Below, piece after piece: positions 36,111 through 44,652 of a stretch of 55,898 nucleotides of DNA. The translations under genes and the position numbers were made by a program. The stretch lies in NCBI GenBank assembly GCA_003599295.1, contig QZJK01000009.1, forward strand, positions 1-55,898, in the 5' to 3' direction. Below the pieces are notes generated by a model that saw nothing but the letters and a program-made list of their open reading frames with translations, searched no databases and was not told the origin of the DNA. Source of the stretch: Candidatus Parcubacteria bacterium (GTDB lineage Bacteria; Patescibacteriota; Minisyncoccia; Phycocordibacterales; UBA2100). Every line of letters begins with the position of its first letter. Position 1 is the stretch's first letter.

Positions 36111-38051
36111 ATGGGGAAGTTGTCACAAAGTATCGTTCGAACAATTCTGCTCGTGATTTTATTATTGGGTTTTGTAACTTTTGTGAGCATACAGCACTCC
36201 TTTGCCGTGGAGTCGGGTCTCCTGGATTCGGAGATTCTCGGAGCATCAGCTCTCGGTGGAGATATTCAGTCGGTTAGCAGCAAACTCGAAGGTAAATCAG
36301 CGCGTGAGGGGGCAAATATCAAGGCAGCGGAAATCGCTCGGCAAGGCATTACGGGTTCATTCACGAGCGGCGATGTTAGAATGGATATCGAGAGTGTTGA
36401 GAAAATAGAAGGCGGTGTGCAAGTATTTGCCCGTGCATGGAGGAACGGGGAACCCATCGGATTTGGCGCCGATGGAACGGTAGAAGTCGAGCGTTTCCTT
36501 ATCTACAACCCACCGATACTCGTTCCGGACGAAAGTGGTCCCATCGTTCGCAGTTATAAAGATGAAAATGGTGAGACGAAAGAAGTAAAGTACCGAGAAG
36601 ATATTCGAGCGGCGCTCATCGAGACTTTGGCGCATACGATGAAAGTAGCGGGGCAAGATGGATCAAGGATTATAAAAGGAAAACGGGGGAATACGACAAG
36701 CACATTTTATTCATCAACAAGTGACGCCACTATTGCAGTTGATGGTACAGGTAGTTGGTCTGCAGCTCGAGACGCAACAAGCGGAACGGTGTACAGCAGT
36801 GACACATCCAACAATGTAGTTCATGCCTCACAAGGGGGTTCAAGCGAGTTTTATGTACGACGCTTCGTTGTCTTCTTCGACACTTCACCAATAGGAACCG
36901 ATTCAATATCTGCTGCGACATATTCATTATTCACGTCGGACACACATGAAAGTGCTGATTCCGACACGATTCATGTCGTTAATGCATCGGCTTTGAGCGA
37001 TCCACCTGTCTCTGCGGATTTTAATGACTTCGGTGCAACGTCGGGCGGCTCGAAAACAATCGCGACCTTCTCCAATACGGTCGGAGTCGAAAACGATATT
37101 ACTCTCAATGCAACCGGTATAGGCTTCATAAACAAAACTGGTACTACGACGATCGGACTTCGAAGTCAGAGAGATATGGACAATGCCTCTCCGACAGGCT
37201 GGAACCGAGTCAAACTGTATATGGCGGACCAAACAGGCACTACCAATGACCCGAAACTTGTCGTAGTGCACTCAATGGCAGGAACAGCACCGACCAGCCT
37301 TCTTACCAACGGACAAACTAATCCTTCCGACCTTTCTGGCACCACACCGGAGTTTTCGGCAGTTTACAATGACCCAGATTCAAGTGATGTCGCAATGAGT
37401 TATCGGATTCAAGTCGCAACTTCTTCAGCGTTTACGAGTGCCTATTGGGATAGCGGAAAGGTGACGCTTGCGAGTTCGACGCCACAGGGGACTCGTATTG
37501 CCGATGTGACATACGGCGGTACGGCACTTGCTTCAAGCACTACATACTACTGGCGTATCAAATTCTGGGATTCCGCAGATGTAGAGGGAGCCTGGAGCAC
37601 CGAGACCGCAACGTTCTCGCTTGCCGCCGCTGCTCCAACGAAAGTACGAAAATCGGTAAACGAGTCACTCGCGAATTCAACACTATTGCAATCAGACGAT
37701 CAGTTGCGAATTGCTTTGACCGCAAACACAACGTACATAGTTGACGGCATCGTTTTCGCATCTTCGACAAGCGGGACTCCTGATCTGACGATAGGATTTT
37801 CCTCCCCATCGGGGGCCACTCTCACCATCGGATACACCAATGCCGCAGATCAAGAGGTGTTGACAGCAAATGCCACAAGTTCACGAATCGCATTGACAGC
37901 CAACACACCACGATCAGTACACTTCAAGGGAACCATTAAAACATCAGGCTCTTCTGGGGGCGATCTCATCCTACAATGGGCGCAGGCGACGGCGAATGCC
38001 GCGGCGACCACAGTCATGCAGGGCAGCTATATAAGAGTTGATGCAATCTAA
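36111..38051 (+). CDS. secreted multidomain protein with FN3/alpha-L-rhamnosidase-N-like module
   Basis: Signal peptide MGKLSQSIVRTILLVILLLGFVTFVSIQHSFA. The module TPEFSAVYNDPD...YRIQVATSS...YWDSGKV....YGGTALASSTTYYWRIKFWD..GAWS resembles the repeated FN3-like domain at the rhamnosidase N-terminus. The ORF-track start at 35967 is unlikely. Confidence 0.6.
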   Translation: MGKLSQSIVRTILLVILLLGFVTFVSIQHSFAVESGLLDSEILGASALGGDIQSVSSKLEGKSAREGANIKAAEIARQGITGSFTSGDVRMDIESVEKIEGGVQVFARAWRNGEPIGFGADGTVEVERFLIYNPPILVPDESGPIVRSYKDENGETKEVKYREDIRAALIETLAHTMKVAGQDGSRIIKGKRGNTTSTFYSSTSDATIAVDGTGSWSAARDATSGTVYSSDTSNNVVHASQGGSSEFYVRRFVVFFDTSPIGTDSISAATYSLFTSDTHESADSDTIHVVNASALSDPPVSADFNDFGATSGGSKTIATFSNTVGVENDITLNATGIGFINKTGTTTIGLRSQRDMDNASPTGWNRVKLYMADQTGTTNDPKLVVVHSMAGTAPTSLLTNGQTNPSDLSGTTPEFSAVYNDPDSSDVAMSYRIQVATSSAFTSAYWDSGKVTLASSTPQGTRIADVTYGGTALASSTTYYWRIKFWDSADVEGAWSTETATFSLAAAAPTKVRKSVNESLANSTLLQSDDQLRIALTANTTYIVDGIVFASSTSGTPDLTIGFSSPSGATLTIGYTNAADQEVLTANATSSRIALTANTPRSVHFKGTIKTSGSSGGDLILQWAQATANAAATTVMQGSYIRVDAI

Positions 38052-38188
38052 GTGGACCATTCGATTCGAAACGACCCAATGCGCGTGTAGGGGAATTGTC
38101 GGAAGGCTCCGATGATGCGTCTCATATATGGTTCCAATATAACAGGAAAGCTTTGGTATTGTGAGTAACAGAGATGGGATATTTCCTC

Positions 38189-39223
38189 TTAGGACAAGGC
38201 ATTTAAGCCGGATTTTTGCCACTGCCATGCTGTGCGAAGCATATCCGTTAGTGTGTAGTGCGGTTCCCATTTTAGAATGTCTCGCGCTTTCTGTGTGTCC
38301 GCGACGAGGCATGCTGGGTCGCCAGCGCGTCGGTCTGCATATTTGAACGGCACACTGACACTGTTTACCTTTTGAAATTCATCAAGCATTGTCTTTACCG
38401 AGTATCCGGAACCCGAACCGATATTGAATACCTCAAAATAGTTTTCCGCTTGAGTATCGACATGTGCGAGCGCTGCCACATGCGCCTGCGCCACATCCAT
38501 GACATGAACGTAATCGCGTATACACGTACCGTCGGGGGTCGGGTAATCATCGCCGAAGATGACGAGTTCCTTCCGCAATCCCGCTGCAGCCTCGCACATG
38601 GCGGGGACAAGGTGGAAGACCGGCATACGATACTGCTCGCCAAGCAATCCGCTGGGGTGACCTCCGGCGGGATTGAAATAACGCAGGGCTACCGCTTTCC
38701 CGCCATGCGTAGATACATAATCCCGGAGCATTGATTCTCCTTTCTGTTTCGTTACTGCATACGGCGACGGAGGGAGCGCAAGCGGTTCATCCTCGCGTAA
38801 CGGCATTTTTCCGGAGTTGCCATATACGGCGGCGGATGAGGAAAAGACGAGCGGAATACTTTTCCCATCTTGCGTCGCGAAATGCAATACCGTCGCAAGC
38901 GTACCGATATTGTTTGCGTAGTACTTATCGGGCGCTGCGACCGACTCGGGAATCGAGACGTATGCTGCGAAATGAATAATTCCAGCAAATTGGTGGCGGG
39001 CAAAAACCGACCCCATCTCGTCTCTATTGGAGACATCTGCGTTGACCCATTCGACGTTGCCAGGCGAGATCTTCCGAATCCGTTCGAGGGTATCGGGGAA
39101 CGAGTTGGCGCAATTATCAACGATGACGACATCGTACCCGGCGTCGAGAAGCAGAGTGGCTGTGTGCGAGCCGACATACCCCATGCCTCCGGTGATCAGT
39201 ATGCTTTTGTTGTTTCGTTGCAT
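38189..39223 (-). CDS. galE: UDP-glucose 4-epimerase
   Basis: ILITGGMGYVGSH, SSSAAVYG, YAVTKQKGE and NPAGGHPSG motifs. The start is taken at MQRNNKS; the ORF opens at 39250. Confidence 0.85.
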   Translation of the reverse strand: MQRNNKSILITGGMGYVGSHTATLLLDAGYDVVIVDNCANSFPDTLERIRKISPGNVEWVNADVSNRDEMGSVFARHQFAGIIHFAAYVSIPESVAAPDKYYANNIGTLATVLHFATQDGKSIPLVFSSSAAVYGNSGKMPLREDEPLALPPSPYAVTKQKGESMLRDYVSTHGGKAVALRYFNPAGGHPSGLLGEQYRMPVFHLVPAMCEAAAGLRKELVIFGDDYPTPDGTCIRDYVHVMDVAQAHVAALAHVDTQAENYFEVFNIGSGSGYSVKTMLDEFQKVNSVSVPFKYADRRAGDPACLVADTQKARDILKWEPHYTLTDMLRTAWQWQKSGLNALS

Positions 39224-39302
39224 GGCAGGGGCCGTCTCATTCACGTACAAAGTAGCTTATCAGAATTAGCCGATAATGCCTTAACCTGCTAGAGTACCTC
39301 CC

Positions 39303-39629
39303 ATGAAAAAAGAGCGCGTCGTCGCTGTCTCTGGTGGGTTTGATCCACTCCACATCGGGCACGTGCGCATGTTCAAGGCAGCACGGAAACTCGGTGACAA
39401 GTTGGTCGTTATTCTTAATAATGACAACTGGCTGAAAGGCAAAAAGAAGTACGCTTTTATGCCGAAAGACGATCGGAAGCCCGACGGCGACCCGGTACCG
39501 GAAGTCGCCGCGTGCGAAGAGCTTGGTATCAAAGTCGTGTACAACGTCGGAAAGGGCGGCAAAGTGCAATCCTCGTCGTGGATGGTTAGTAACGCAGTAC
39601 AAGTGGTCTCTCGCAAGAAAACGCGTTGA
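39303..39629 (+). CDS. degenerate cytidylyl/adenylyltransferase-like paralogue (HIGH-motif domain with internal deletion)
   Basis: VAVSGGFDPLHIGHVRMF..DKLVVILNNDNWL.. then ..LGIKVVYNVGKGGKVQSSSWMV. Both ends align with gene 43816-44622, but about 50 central residues are missing. Confidence 0.55.
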   Translation: MKKERVVAVSGGFDPLHIGHVRMFKAARKLGDKLVVILNNDNWLKGKKKYAFMPKDDRKPDGDPVPEVAACEELGIKVVYNVGKGGKVQSSSWMVSNAVQVVSRKKTR

Positions 39630-39658
39630 TGCATGCGGATTCCTGGGTCTGAGGCAGG

Positions 39659-40945
39659 CTACGGCTTTTTCCAGAAGCGCCGGGCATGCTCAAGGAGATA
39701 CGCGCCGCCGACAGCAGCGAGTGCGAGAATAATAGGATCGACCGGGAGCCGGTAGCGGGGATTCGTGCCGAATGCCGCGATGGCGCTGGTGAGTGCGAAG
39801 TATGCGACAAGGAGGATGATGAGAATCGCAAGCTGTGAACGCCGCGTCAGAAGATATACAAAAGCGCCGACGAACGCGGCGATGGTTATCGCTACCCACA
39901 CGAGCCGCGCCGGAATGAGAAGCCACAGGAAGTTGGCCGGCTCGTACCCCGTCATCACAAGAAGCGTATAAAGCCCATCGTTCGTAAAGAAAGTGAAGAG
40001 CGACTTGACTGCGACGAATGCGGTAGCAATCGGGTACATGAATATAACGTCGAGCGCTTTTGCAATGTATTCGTCACCATTTTTGAGTGTAATGACGTTA
40101 CTGGTGCGTTCTGTATAGGTTGAGAACGTCGTAAACTCGAGAGCGAACTCACTCCCGCGCGCGACGGAGAGCACGGCGGGAGCGAAGTTGGTATACAACA
40201 CGTACGCTTTCTGCGAACTCAATCCCGGCGCGCCAAATTCGCTGTAGTTTCGCGCTATCCACGGCGTAAGGATCACGGCAATGATAGCGAGATACGCGAT
40301 TCCCTGCGCGGCACGATGTTTCCAATCCTCTCTCCCGAATCGCCACAGAATAAAGGGAACGAGGAGGAGTGGAACAAATTGCGCCGTCGGCCTGACGAGT
40401 ATGGCAAGCCCGAGTACAACGGCGCCGATCGCAAGCAGAGTCCAGTCTCGTCTCTCAAAATAACGGAATGTGAGGAGTGTCCATGCAAAAAAGAGGACGA
40501 GAAAGAGCGTATCGGTGTAGAACTGAAAAGAGAGGAGTGCGAGCGTCGGATCGAGTGCCAAGATTATTCCTGTAGCGATGCCGATACGGAGCGAATTCGT
40601 AATTCGCCGCGTGATGTGGAGTCCCAGGACCGGTATAAGAGTGGAGAGGAGGAGTTGTACGATTGCCGCTCCGGCAATTCCGACGGTTCCGATGAGGCCG
40701 GCGAGAAAATAAATGTAGCCGGGCGTACGGAGAGCATTGGGTACAAAGGGCGATGTAGTCGCCATAGAAAACCCGTTGCCCGCGAGGAGATTGGTAGCGA
40801 TTTCAAAGTAGCCATCGTCGGCACGGACGGTATCAAGGACGCTACCATTGTTCGCATCTAAAACGGCGAGGAAGACGATCGTATGTACAGAGAGCGCGAG
40901 CAGTGCAACAATGATTTCCCATCGGTACGTGTAGACGGAGGTCAT
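39659..40945 (-). CDS. GT-C fold membrane glycosyltransferase (ArnT/PMT, GT39/GT83-like)
   Basis: Polytopic protein. The first-loop acidic motif RADDGYFEIATNLLAGNGF is typical of ArnT/PMT-type enzymes. The ATG forms an ATGA overlap with the stop of the GtrA-like gene. Confidence 0.7.
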   Translation of the reverse strand: MTSVYTYRWEIIVALLALSVHTIVFLAVLDANNGSVLDTVRADDGYFEIATNLLAGNGFSMATTSPFVPNALRTPGYIYFLAGLIGTVGIAGAAIVQLLLSTLIPVLGLHITRRITNSLRIGIATGIILALDPTLALLSFQFYTDTLFLVLFFAWTLLTFRYFERRDWTLLAIGAVVLGLAILVRPTAQFVPLLLVPFILWRFGREDWKHRAAQGIAYLAIIAVILTPWIARNYSEFGAPGLSSQKAYVLYTNFAPAVLSVARGSEFALEFTTFSTYTERTSNVITLKNGDEYIAKALDVIFMYPIATAFVAVKSLFTFFTNDGLYTLLVMTGYEPANFLWLLIPARLVWVAITIAAFVGAFVYLLTRRSQLAILIILLVAYFALTSAIAAFGTNPRYRLPVDPIILALAAVGGAYLLEHARRFWKKP

Positions 40946-41391
40946 GACGACGCGATAGGGGTGCGGTCGCGAAATACGAAATACCGGTAGCCGAAGTAGC
41001 CTGTGACCGCGATCGTGGCGGTTGCGAACATTTGCGCGAATAAGTACCACACACCCGCGTGCTCCACTAGAAAATAAACGAGCGCCGTATTGAGAAGCAG
41101 ATTTGAAAGAATAACGACGAGATAACGCGCGAATTGCGTGTGCACATCGTGCAAGGGTTTGTCGCGAAAGGTCCAGAATTTTTGCATCGTGAAAGAAACG
41201 GCGATCGATACTACGAACGCGAGAATCGACGCATATAAATAGTACATATGGCCAAAATGCACGAGGAGGAAAAACACAGTCAAGTTAGTTGCCGCCGCCG
41301 TGCCACCCGAGATGAGATAGCGTACGAGCCTAAAGAGTCGGGCTCCTAACAGTGCTTCGGCGGATTCATGGAGCGCGCCTAGCCATGTCAT
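40942..41391 (-). CDS. GtrA-like small membrane protein (polyprenyl-phosphate sugar translocation family)
   Basis: LVRYLISGGTAAATNLTVFFLLV...FTMQKFWTFR.. with four TM helices, matching the classical GtrA pattern. The start is taken at MTWLGAL; the ORF opens at 41571. Confidence 0.75.
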   Translation of the reverse strand: MTWLGALHESAEALLGARLFRLVRYLISGGTAAATNLTVFFLLVHFGHMYYLYASILAFVVSIAVSFTMQKFWTFRDKPLHDVHTQFARYLVVILSNLLLNTALVYFLVEHAGVWYLFAQMFATATIAVTGYFGYRYFVFRDRTPIASS

Positions 41392-41443
41392 GGCGAATAG
41401 TATACTCCTTAATACTTCGCGGGGTATACTCCTTCGTACTGAT

Positions 41444-43063
41444 ATGTTGACGTGGGCACTGAATGGGTTGCGGCATAGACGGTGGGAGGACGCGGCCGTC
41501 GCGCTATTTGGAGCAAGTTTTTTCATCGGCGTGTGGTATGCGCTCCCAATGGTCAATACGATCACCGACACATGGGCGTTTGGAGGCGGGGTATTGCGCG
41601 CAATGCAGGCACATACCCTTCTGCCTGGGGTTGGTGTCGATTATGGGACGCTTTCGTTCTATCAGAATTATCTGGCGATGGCCGTGGCGCTCGGCTTCGG
41701 CTACATGCTGTCAGGTTTTGATCTTGAGGCGTTGAAGACGGTGCTTATCCTTAATCCCTCATACAGCCTCCTCGTACCGCGTATCACATCCGCCCTCACC
41801 GCTGTCGTTTTTCTCGTCATAGTGTATCGGTTTCTGAAGGTCCACGTGGAGTCCGCCCCGTGGCGCCTCGCGCTCCTCATGCTTACGTTCGGTAATGTTC
41901 TCGCTGTTATCTTGACGCGCTCGGGAAAGATGTGGATGCTTTCGACCGCACTCGGTGTCATCTCTTTCATCTATCTCTATCGGGCGATTACCGAAGAGGT
42001 AAAAACAGGACCGGGTCGCTTATCGGTAACATCCATTCTCACGGCATTTCTCGCAACCGCCAACTTTCCCTTTGCGGCCGTTTTTCTCGTCAATATTCCT
42101 ATTCTTTTGTACGTTCTGCCACGGACGCACCAGTCTATACTGCGCCTCTTATACGCGATTGCCGCAGGGGCAATAGCATTTCTCGCCGTGTTTCTGCTCA
42201 ACGCGGAAAATATAATCGGGCAGGTTTCGGGTTTTGTCTTGCAGTTCTTCGATCCCCTTGCTCCAGGCGTAGCTTCCGGATTGAGTGCGCTTACGCCGTT
42301 TGAGTCATTTATGGTCAACGCACGTCAGGGTGTCGAAGCCTTCCCACTGCTTCTTCTCGCGCTCATTCCGGCGTTTGCGTACGGTATACGGGACAAAACG
42401 CTCGCATACCTCGCGCTTATCTACGGCGCGGTCTACATCGTCGCTGTCGCGGTCGTTTTTAGGACTGACCACGGGCTCGCCTTGAATGTCAGACACATCT
42501 TTCCCCTCTGCTTTTTTCTGCTGTTCCTTATCGCCGCGTGGAGACCCCCCTCCCGCTCCATAGCGGTTTCTTTTTTCATTGTCGGCGCCTCTATATATGT
42601 ATACAGTGTCGTACTTCTCTCAATCCCAACGACGTACAACGCGGCGGCTGATTTTATCGAGAGTCGTTATACTGACACGGCGATTCGCATTGACGAACAC
42701 ATCTGGGAGCTGACACTACCGATGAACAAAGCCTCATACGGACTCTTCGCGTCGTCGTCCTGTGGATCGACATGCCAGCACGTGCAAGAACTTCCGCGCG
42801 ACATCGCCTTTCGACCACTCGTCGTGACAAACGAGACGGATCCCGCTACTCTCGCAACACTCCCGCCACCCGATCTCGTAGTTGTGGAACGCGCGATCGC
42901 GGGGTGTGCCCCGCTCGCGCGTTTTGGCAACAACGTGCCGGACGACGAAGTGTTCGATATCGACATCAATCTCGGGCGCATGCTTCTACCGTCCTTCTAT
43001 ACACTCCGTCAACTGGGAAAAAATATCTACATCTACGACGCGAAAGAGTGCCCCGGATCGTAA
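41444..43063 (+). CDS. polytopic membrane protein with C-terminal soluble domain (possible GT-C glycosyltransferase)
   Basis: At least 10 hydrophobic helices followed by a roughly 140-aa hydrophilic tail. An alternative ATG at 41390 would overlap the divergent GtrA start codon. No confident family was recognised. Confidence 0.5.
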   Translation: MLTWALNGLRHRRWEDAAVALFGASFFIGVWYALPMVNTITDTWAFGGGVLRAMQAHTLLPGVGVDYGTLSFYQNYLAMAVALGFGYMLSGFDLEALKTVLILNPSYSLLVPRITSALTAVVFLVIVYRFLKVHVESAPWRLALLMLTFGNVLAVILTRSGKMWMLSTALGVISFIYLYRAITEEVKTGPGRLSVTSILTAFLATANFPFAAVFLVNIPILLYVLPRTHQSILRLLYAIAAGAIAFLAVFLLNAENIIGQVSGFVLQFFDPLAPGVASGLSALTPFESFMVNARQGVEAFPLLLLALIPAFAYGIRDKTLAYLALIYGAVYIVAVAVVFRTDHGLALNVRHIFPLCFFLLFLIAAWRPPSRSIAVSFFIVGASIYVYSVVLLSIPTTYNAAADFIESRYTDTAIRIDEHIWELTLPMNKASYGLFASSSCGSTCQHVQELPRDIAFRPLVVTNETDPATLATLPPPDLVVVERAIAGCAPLARFGNNVPDDEVFDIDINLGRMLLPSFYTLRQLGKNIYIYDAKECPGS

Positions 43064-43066
43064 TGT

Positions 43067-43792
43067 ATGCATCTCCTCGCTAACCTGATCGACCAGTATC
43101 TGTACCTCCTCGTACACCTCAAAGGCATGCTCACGCATCGTTTCGCGGGGAAGCACTACGGACAATGGGCGGAAGACGTAATTATCGATTCGCTGACAGC
43201 AGGGAAACGTGCGGGAGTCTATGTTGATGTGGGTGCGTACCACCCATTCCACTACTCGAATACCTATCTGCTCTATCGGCGCGGATGGCACGGGATCAAT
43301 ATTGACCCTAATCCGAGCGCTATCATGCTTTTCAACTGGCACCGGAAACGGGACATCAATCTCAATCTGGGCGTCAGTGACATCCCGGGCGAAAAAAAGT
43401 ATTACCTGTTCAACCACCAGGCATACAATAGCTTTTCGTCTTCCGCTCGGGACAGTGCCTTGAAAAACCGGCATGTCCGGCAGATCGGAGAGCGCATGAT
43501 CCCGTGCCTGCCGCTCTCCGACATCGTGACACGGCATCTTCCGGACGCCGAGATCGATGTCCTCAACGTCGATGTCGAGGGTATGGGTATGGCTGTCCTC
43601 AAGACCGTCGATTGGGTTCGGATGCGGCCGTTCGTCATCTGTGTCGAGGATGATGATTTTGATGCATCGGAAGAGGGGCATGGAAGCGAAATATACGCGT
43701 ATCTTACCGAGCGATCATACCGATTGCATGCGCATGTCGGCGCTTCGTGCATCTATTGTTCTGCCTCCGCACTCAAGTATGAAGAGTCCTAA
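43067..43792 (+). CDS. FkbM-family SAM-dependent methyltransferase
   Basis: YVDVGAYHP..NTY and VLNVDVEGMGMAVLK motifs. Confidence 0.75.
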   Translation: MHLLANLIDQYLYLLVHLKGMLTHRFAGKHYGQWAEDVIIDSLTAGKRAGVYVDVGAYHPFHYSNTYLLYRRGWHGINIDPNPSAIMLFNWHRKRDINLNLGVSDIPGEKKYYLFNHQAYNSFSSSARDSALKNRHVRQIGERMIPCLPLSDIVTRHLPDAEIDVLNVDVEGMGMAVLKTVDWVRMRPFVICVEDDDFDASEEGHGSEIYAYLTERSYRLHAHVGASCIYCSASALKYEES

Positions 43793-43815
43793 CAACGTGA
43801 TAAGCTCGCAGGGCC

Positions 43816-44622
43816 ATGAGTAGAAAACAAGGAAACTCTGAACAAAAGGAGCGGTGGGTCGCGGTCTCGGGCGGTTTCGATCCACTGCACATCGGGCACG
43901 TGCGGATGTTTAAAGAGGCAAGGAGACTTGGCGACAAACTCGTCGTCATTGTTAACAACGACAACTGGCTCCGAGCGAAGAAGGGTTTTTCTTTTATGCC
44001 TCAAAAAGAGCGCGTGGAACTCATCGGAAGCTTTCCCTTTGTCGATAAGGTTGTCCTCACGGATCACAAAAAAGATGACTCCGACAGGAGTGTGTGCCGC
44101 ACACTTCGGAAAATCCGGCCACACATTTTTGCGAACGGGGGAGATCGATTAAAGAGCAATGTGCCGGAAGTTGCGCTCTGTAAGAAACTCGGCATCAAGA
44201 TGGCCTTTAATGTCGGGGAGGGTGGGAAGGTGCAGTCGTCTTCGTGGATGATAGAAGCGGCGCGGCGCCCGGCTTCGCGAAGTGTTCGCCCGTGGGGCGA
44301 ATACTATGGTTGGGACAGCGGGAGGGGATGGAATTTGAAAACCATTTATATAAAACCGAACAAGCGATTAAGCCTTCAATATCATCATCACCGAGAGGAG
44401 TGGTGGCTTCTTGTAGCGGGGGATGCGCTTGCGACGTTCGGCGAAGGAAAGAAATCCGTCGTTATTCCTTTGAAAAAAGGAGAGGTGCTTCGTGTTGGTA
44501 AAAAGCAGATCCATCGCCTTTCTTCGAGAAAAGGCGGGGTTGTTGTCGAGGTTGCCTACGGCAAATTCAATGAGAATGACATCGTGCGGCTACAAGATGA
44601 CCACGGACGGGTGAAGCGCTAA
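43816..44622 (+). CDS. bifunctional-looking protein: HIGH-motif cytidylyl/adenylyltransferase domain fused to mannose-6-phosphate-isomerase-type cupin
   Basis: The N-terminus has VAVSGGFDPLHIGHVRMF and ANGGD. The C-terminus has RPWGEYY...LKTIYIKPNKRLSLQYHHHREEWWLLVAGDA....DIVRLQDDHGR, as in the ManC C-terminal cupin. Confidence 0.75.
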   Translation: MSRKQGNSEQKERWVAVSGGFDPLHIGHVRMFKEARRLGDKLVVIVNNDNWLRAKKGFSFMPQKERVELIGSFPFVDKVVLTDHKKDDSDRSVCRTLRKIRPHIFANGGDRLKSNVPEVALCKKLGIKMAFNVGEGGKVQSSSWMIEAARRPASRSVRPWGEYYGWDSGRGWNLKTIYIKPNKRLSLQYHHHREEWWLLVAGDALATFGEGKKSVVIPLKKGEVLRVGKKQIHRLSSRKGGVVVEVAYGKFNENDIVRLQDDHGRVKR

Positions 44623-44652
44623 AAGCTCTTTAGACATGCTACAATCGCCGCT

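Noticed and set aside
36062-36277. A 71-aa ORF preceded by GGAGAGGAG, as an alternative start region for the secreted protein.
   Set aside because: Its translation (Cys/Arg/Ser-rich) has no signal peptide or domain. The overlapping frame from 36111 gives a canonical signal peptide and continues for 646 aa. The Shine-Dalgarno-like motif may still matter but is not evidence enough.
39237-39634. Two minus-strand ORFs (121 and 117 aa) opposite the short nucleotidyltransferase-like gene.
   Set aside because: The plus-strand frame carries the GGFDPLHIGH signature and aligns with the paralogue at 43816. The antisense translations have no recognisable features.
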